Positions 6,591 through 10,801 of a stretch of 10,801 nt of DNA are shown piece after piece. A program made the translations under genes and the position numbers. The notes below the pieces were generated by a model, which searched no databases, was not told the DNA's origin, and saw only the letters and a program-made list of their open reading frames with translations. The stretch is from Candidatus Micrarchaeota archaeon (GTDB lineage Archaea; Iainarchaeota; Iainarchaeia; JAADDC01), in the NCBI GenBank assembly GCA_027046625.1, contig JALTXX010000011.1, positions 18,435-29,235 of the forward strand, given 5' to 3'. Position 1 is the first letter of the stretch, and every line of letters starts with the position of its first letter.

Positions 6591-7802
6591 ATGCCAATTA
6601 TAATAAGAAGGAGAACCCTTGAAGAAAGATGGGAGAGGACAAGCAGCAGGAGACTAGTATATGGAAGGAGGAAAACAGGGAAGAGCTTCTTTGTGAGGGA
6701 GTTTACAGAGTGGGATAAGTATTATCTAGTAGGGAGAGGGGGTTATGTTTGGGATATAGAGAAGAGAGGAAGGAAGTTCACCTATGAGGAATTCTTAAAT
6801 ATCTTTCCAGAGGTCTGTGAAGGCGCGGTTGTGGACGAGTTCCACAGGTTACCAACAAGTTTTCTTGATCAGATACAGGCGTATCAGCCAAAGGAGATCA
6901 CTCTCGTGACTTCCACCCTTCACCTTGCCAAGGAGCTAGTCTCAGGAAATTCTCCCATAATGGGAATGTTTTCAGAGATAGAGGTGGGACTTATCTCACC
7001 TCTTGATGTTCTAAGAGATATATCGGAGTATTATGATGGAAGGGAGCTACTAGAGATGGCAGTGTACTTAAGGGAACCATTGCTTCTTGAGTACGTACCA
7101 GAGAGGGGTCTCAGAGACGTATTACATAATGGTCTAAGACACGCCGAAAGAATCGTGTCCGAAATCTTTACCGAGGAAGAAAAAAGGTATACAAAGTCTT
7201 ATAGGGCCGTTCTTCTGGCAATTACCCAAGGAACCACAAAATTCTCCCAGATAATAAACGAAATAGTGAAAGAAGCTGGTGTTTCTCCTACTGCAGCTTC
7301 CTACTATATCCAGATGTTAGTAGACATGGGAATAATAAGGAGAATTCCTGTCTTTGGCGAAAGAAAATCTGTTTATAGGCATGTGTCATCCCTCTTGGAT
7401 CTCTACTACTATCTAGAAGGTAAATACGGAATTTCAGATCTTTGGCTAGTCCAAGAAGATGAGCTGACAACTCTCTTACCTAGACATGTAGAGTGGTTCG
7501 CTGAGGATTATTTCTCTGAGCTATATGGGCTAAGACCGGTGAAGATATTAAAGCCTGAGGTGGATATTGCTCTTGTAAGGTTTAATAGACTTGCTTTTCT
7601 GGGGGAGGTGAAGTGGAAGGATAAGATAACAAAGAAGGAGGTTAGGGAGGTGGAGGAGAAGTTTAGTGAGGTGGAGAAAAGGTTTGGGGAGGTGGAGAGA
7701 AAGGTACTGGTGGTGCCTGATGCTTCCTCTGTGCCAGAAACAGAGCTGGAGGTGTGGGATGTGGAGAGGATGAGAAGAGCTGTCAACCTGACGAGTAACT
7801 AG
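6591..7802 (+). CDS. Second archaeal ATPase-wHTH-DUF234/PD-(D/E)XK paralog
   Basis: Walker A YGRRKTGKS, Walker B AVVDEFHR, wHTH-like TTKFSQII...YYIQMLVDMGIIRRIP, and EVDIALV...GEVKW. Confidence 0.9.
   Translation: MPIIIRRRTLEERWERTSSRRLVYGRRKTGKSFFVREFTEWDKYYLVGRGGYVWDIEKRGRKFTYEEFLNIFPEVCEGAVVDEFHRLPTSFLDQIQAYQPKEITLVTSTLHLAKELVSGNSPIMGMFSEIEVGLISPLDVLRDISEYYDGRELLEMAVYLREPLLLEYVPERGLRDVLHNGLRHAERIVSEIFTEEEKRYTKSYRAVLLAITQGTTKFSQIINEIVKEAGVSPTAASYYIQMLVDMGIIRRIPVFGERKSVYRHVSSLLDLYYYLEGKYGISDLWLVQEDELTTLLPRHVEWFAEDYFSELYGLRPVKILKPEVDIALVRFNRLAFLGEVKWKDKITKKEVREVEEKFSEVEKRFGEVERKVLVVPDASSVPETELEVWDVERMRRAVNLTSN
7647..7704 (+). repeat. Imperfect 21-nt in-frame tandem repeat (about 2.8 units)
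   Basis: GAGGTGGAGGAGAAGTTTAGT / GAGGTGGAGAAAAGGTTTGGG / GAGGTGGAGAGAAAGG, encoding EVEEKFS-EVEKRFG-EVERK. Confidence 0.75.
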
Positions 7803-8515
7803 TTCACAACCTCCACCATACCAAATCCTAAAGCTGTCCTCTCTCCAAAACCAGCCTTATATCCTACCTCAAGTAGCTTGGGTGTTCCACTTACAGTAAA
7901 GGTAAACATCCATCCAACATTCCATGTATCTTTTACCCTTATGCGTTTTCTCTGTATGTGTGAGATATGCAGTACCTCAAAGAGAGGATTTCTAAGGGAT
8001 TCTCCAAGGAAGAGTTCACACTTCTTTACAAGGTTCTCCTTCATGTGTATGAAAAACTCCTTCTCTAGAGGGGATAAGTCCCTGTGGGGGTTGGTTTTAT
8101 CCTTTGAGTAGCCCCTTAGGAGGATGGGAGAGAGCGTTTTAAAGGTCATTATGGGAGAGAAGGATGGTTCCTTCACTAAATGCGCATCCTCAATGTAAAA
8201 GGTTGTTCTTCCTATCCTTATATCCCTTTTCCTTGCCACACCTGCAAGAAATGCTGCACCTACCTCTTTGTCTATGGTGGAGAAGAACAGTGTATAGGTA
8301 TCTCCTTTTAGCAGCAGCCCACCTTCACTCTGTTCATACTTTCCAAAGAGCCAAGAAAATGTATATGGTTTTGGAAGTGATGTCTTATGAAGGTAAACGG
8401 CCATTTTTGGGTTGCCCTCCCCTATAATATTGTAAATAGCCCCTGAAAGCTTGTACATATAATCCCAGGGTATCTTATTTCCTTCCTTTGGTAGAAGGGT
8501 AAGCTTCACTCTCAT
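7799..8515 (-). CDS. cas6: CRISPR-associated endoribonuclease Cas6
   Basis: MRVKLTL N-terminus (ATG 8515 preferred to 8557). IYNII...NPKMAVYLHKTSLPKPYTFS carries the Tyr/His/Lys triad of Pyrococcus furiosus Cas6, and the C-terminal glycine-rich loop is GFGERTALGFG. Confidence 0.95.
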   Translation of the reverse strand: MRVKLTLLPKEGNKIPWDYMYKLSGAIYNIIGEGNPKMAVYLHKTSLPKPYTFSWLFGKYEQSEGGLLLKGDTYTLFFSTIDKEVGAAFLAGVARKRDIRIGRTTFYIEDAHLVKEPSFSPIMTFKTLSPILLRGYSKDKTNPHRDLSPLEKEFFIHMKENLVKKCELFLGESLRNPLFEVLHISHIQRKRIRVKDTWNVGWMFTFTVSGTPKLLEVGYKAGFGERTALGFGMVEVVN

Positions 8516-8540
8516 ACTAAACAAAACTAAGAGAAAGTAT

Positions 8541-10801
8541 TTATCTATCCATACCAAACGATCTCAAAACCTTCACCTTTACTAAATCGTTTATTAGTAC
8601 CCACAGAGCAGCGTAAATCCATACAAAGGCAACCAACAACCAGCCTATCGGCTGCACAAACACCCCCATTGCTGCAAGAATGCTACCTATCATATCTGTA
8701 ATTAGTACTGCAGCCAGCAGCCTCCTATCTGGATAAGGTCTTTCCCACACATAACCTCTGGACCGAGAGATAAGAAGTGTGAAATGCCCTGCAACCACTA
8801 GTTTTAGAAAGATAAGTGTTTGAATTGCTTCCATAGGAAGGTGTAATACTTCAAAGGCTATGTACAAAAGCAGTGCAGAGCTGATTAGGCCTATAACACC
8901 CAATATAGTAGCTAACATCACCAACCTCTTAGGCTGCCACCTTAGGGGTCTTTGAGACTCAGACACATTGTCAAATGCTATGGTAAGAATAGGTAAATCA
9001 TTTAGGAGTGCCAAAAGTATGACCATTGTGCTGTTAATAGGGTAAAAATCGAACAACAATATGGAGGTAGCCAAAAATAGCAGAATTCTTATGGTTTCTG
9101 TGAGTCTGTAGATTACATAGCTTTCCATCCTCCTAAATATCCTTCTTGCTGTGCGAAAGGCGTCCGATATAACAGATATTCCTGGTTCTAGCAATACTAT
9201 CGAGGCAGCCTGAATTGCCGCCCCGGTAGCACCCGCAACAGCTATTCCACAGTTGGATTTCTTAAGGGCGGGTACATCATTTATTCCGTCGCCCGTCATT
9301 GCTACTAGGTGTCCTGTCTCTTGTAATAGCCCTACTATTCTATATTTATCATCTGGCAACACCTCTGAAAAGATATCAAATTCATTTACTGCCTTTACCA
9401 TGTCGTGTCTGTGCATCTTTCTCAGCTTAGCTGCACTTAGAACCTTCTCTCCTATTCCTACAAGTTTACCTATAAATCTAGCTACGCTGGAGTGGTCCCC
9501 CGTTATCATCTTTACAGTAACACCCATCTTCTTGATAGAAGCCACAGCCTGGGCAGCATCTGGCCTAGGAGGATCGTATAAGCCTATAACACCTATTAGT
9601 TTATAACCTTCCCCAAAATCAACAGCTACGGCTATGGATCTAAATCCCTTTTCGGCAAATTCGTCCACCACATTTCTCATATCTTCTTCTACATCCTCTT
9701 TATTTCTAGAAATAGCCAGTATTACCTGGGGTGCCCCCTTTGTTACTCTTATCTTTTTTCCCTTCCAAATCACCTCAGCCTCTGTGCGCTTTAACTCCGG
9801 GGAGAAGGGACGGTAGTATAGCACCGTTACTTTCGGCTTCTTTACCCGTGACAATATAGCATCGTCTATGGGGTCTTTATCTTCTTCTCTAGACGCTAGT
9901 GAGGCATAAATGAGGACTTCTTCCTTACTAAATCCTCCGATGGGATACACATCGCCTACTTCTATCCTGTTTAGTGTTATAGTACCCGTTTTATCCGTGC
10001 ATAACACATCTACGCTTGCAAGCTCTTCTATCGAGACAAGCTTTGTAACTATGGCGTTCCTTCTGGCAAGCTCAAGCGCACCAACTACCATGGTTATAGA
10101 CAACACGGCAGGCAGGGCAGCCGGAATAGACGCCACCGCCAGTACAAGGGAAAATTTCAGCACCGACAGAACGTCTTTTCCTCTAATAAGGGTTTCAACT
10201 ATTATCATTATACCTATTACCAACAGAGCGAGAAACATTAGGTAGTTGCCCATCCTTATAACGGCTTTTTGGAGCTCGCTCTGCACTTCAGTCTCATTAA
10301 CAAGCTGCACGGACTTTCCGAAGTAGGTACTGGTTCCCGTTCCTATTACAACAGCTATAGCATCTCCTCTTCTCACGGTAGAGCCAGAGTATACTATGGC
10401 ACCCTCCTGTTTTGGCACGGGCAGAGACTCACCAGTAAGCACAGATTCGTCTACCTCTAACTCTCCCTCAACAATTCTCGAATCTGCTGGCACTATATCC
10501 CCGGGGCGTAACTTTATAACGTCTCCAGGCACCAACAATCTGGCATCTATTACTTTCCATCTGCCGTCTCTAAGAACACGGGACTTTACCGCCATTTGCT
10601 TTTTGAGATACCCTATGACATTTTCCGCCTTCCACTCCTGCCAGAACTCTACTACTGCGTTTATAAGTAGAAGAAGCAGTATAATCCAGAAATCAACCAT
10701 GTCTCCAACAAGGAAGGATAATAATAGTGCCAGCTCTATCATCCAAGGTATGGGCCCCCAGAAGTATGAGAGTATCTTTAAAATTAGATGTTTCTTCTTC
10801 T
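8541..10801 (-). CDS. P-type IIIA plasma-membrane H+-ATPase (5' end outside the window)
   Basis: TGES, phosphorylation motif DKTGT, KGAP, DPPR, MITGD, GDGIND, IIIA-type ASIPAALP, YVIYR and LLND. The frame stays open upstream of 10742 (KKKHLILKILSYFWGPIPWMIE), so the real start is beyond the edge. Confidence 0.95.
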   Translation of the reverse strand, partial: KKKHLILKILSYFWGPIPWMIELALLLSFLVGDMVDFWIILLLLLINAVVEFWQEWKAENVIGYLKKQMAVKSRVLRDGRWKVIDARLLVPGDVIKLRPGDIVPADSRIVEGELEVDESVLTGESLPVPKQEGAIVYSGSTVRRGDAIAVVIGTGTSTYFGKSVQLVNETEVQSELQKAVIRMGNYLMFLALLVIGIMIIVETLIRGKDVLSVLKFSLVLAVASIPAALPAVLSITMVVGALELARRNAIVTKLVSIEELASVDVLCTDKTGTITLNRIEVGDVYPIGGFSKEEVLIYASLASREEDKDPIDDAILSRVKKPKVTVLYYRPFSPELKRTEAEVIWKGKKIRVTKGAPQVILAISRNKEDVEEDMRNVVDEFAEKGFRSIAVAVDFGEGYKLIGVIGLYDPPRPDAAQAVASIKKMGVTVKMITGDHSSVARFIGKLVGIGEKVLSAAKLRKMHRHDMVKAVNEFDIFSEVLPDDKYRIVGLLQETGHLVAMTGDGINDVPALKKSNCGIAVAGATGAAIQAASIVLLEPGISVISDAFRTARRIFRRMESYVIYRLTETIRILLFLATSILLFDFYPINSTMVILLALLNDLPILTIAFDNVSESQRPLRWQPKRLVMLATILGVIGLISSALLLYIAFEVLHLPMEAIQTLIFLKLVVAGHFTLLISRSRGYVWERPYPDRRLLAAVLITDMIGSILAAMGVFVQPIGWLLVAFVWIYAALWVLINDLVKVKVLRSFGMDR

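Noticed and set aside
5311-7775. The three 33-37-nt identical copies as a CRISPR array or a DGR template/variable pair
   Set aside because: They are about 1.2 kb apart and are in-frame gene ends. There is no reverse transcriptase in the window and only one mismatch, so adenine-specific mutagenesis cannot be supported.
8516-8557. Longer cas6 start at 8557
   Set aside because: It overlaps the H+-ATPase end, and Cas6 homologs typically begin MR-h-K-h, matching ATG 8515.
3810-10460. Short antisense or alternate-frame ORFs (e.g. 6302-6586, 7508-7786, 9253-9606, 9910-10245)
   Set aside because: They are shadows of well-supported genes. The similarity between 6302-6586 and 7508-7786 merely mirrors the shared repeats.

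Overview
Archaeal window, probably from a (hyper)thermophile: the rRNA is very GC-rich and the protein genes are much more A/T-rich. The rRNA is strongly divergent, suggesting a deep, possibly DPANN-like lineage. Positions 1-~3627 are a 5'-truncated 23S rRNA gene, with no 5S rRNA or tRNA following it. It is interrupted after U1923 (E. coli numbering) by a 726-nt group I intron (1898-2623) rather than a bulge-helix-bulge intron, and every core helix can be paired by eye. The intron's P6 loop holds an I-CeuI-like single-motif LAGLIDADG ORF. That ORF lacks two canonical catalytic residues, has its Shine-Dalgarno partly buried in P6a, and runs through the ribozyme core. Downstream lie a truncated methyltransferase-like ORF, an alpha/alpha-barrel repeat protein, and a tandem array of archaeal ATPase-wHTH-PD-(D/E)XK genes. 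The array has two intact copies with homogenised 3' ends, two remnants and a palindromic operator candidate. It converges on a solitary cas6, which follows a P-type IIIA H+-ATPase gene that runs off the right edge. All homology calls are by eye and from recalled sequences; no searches were run.
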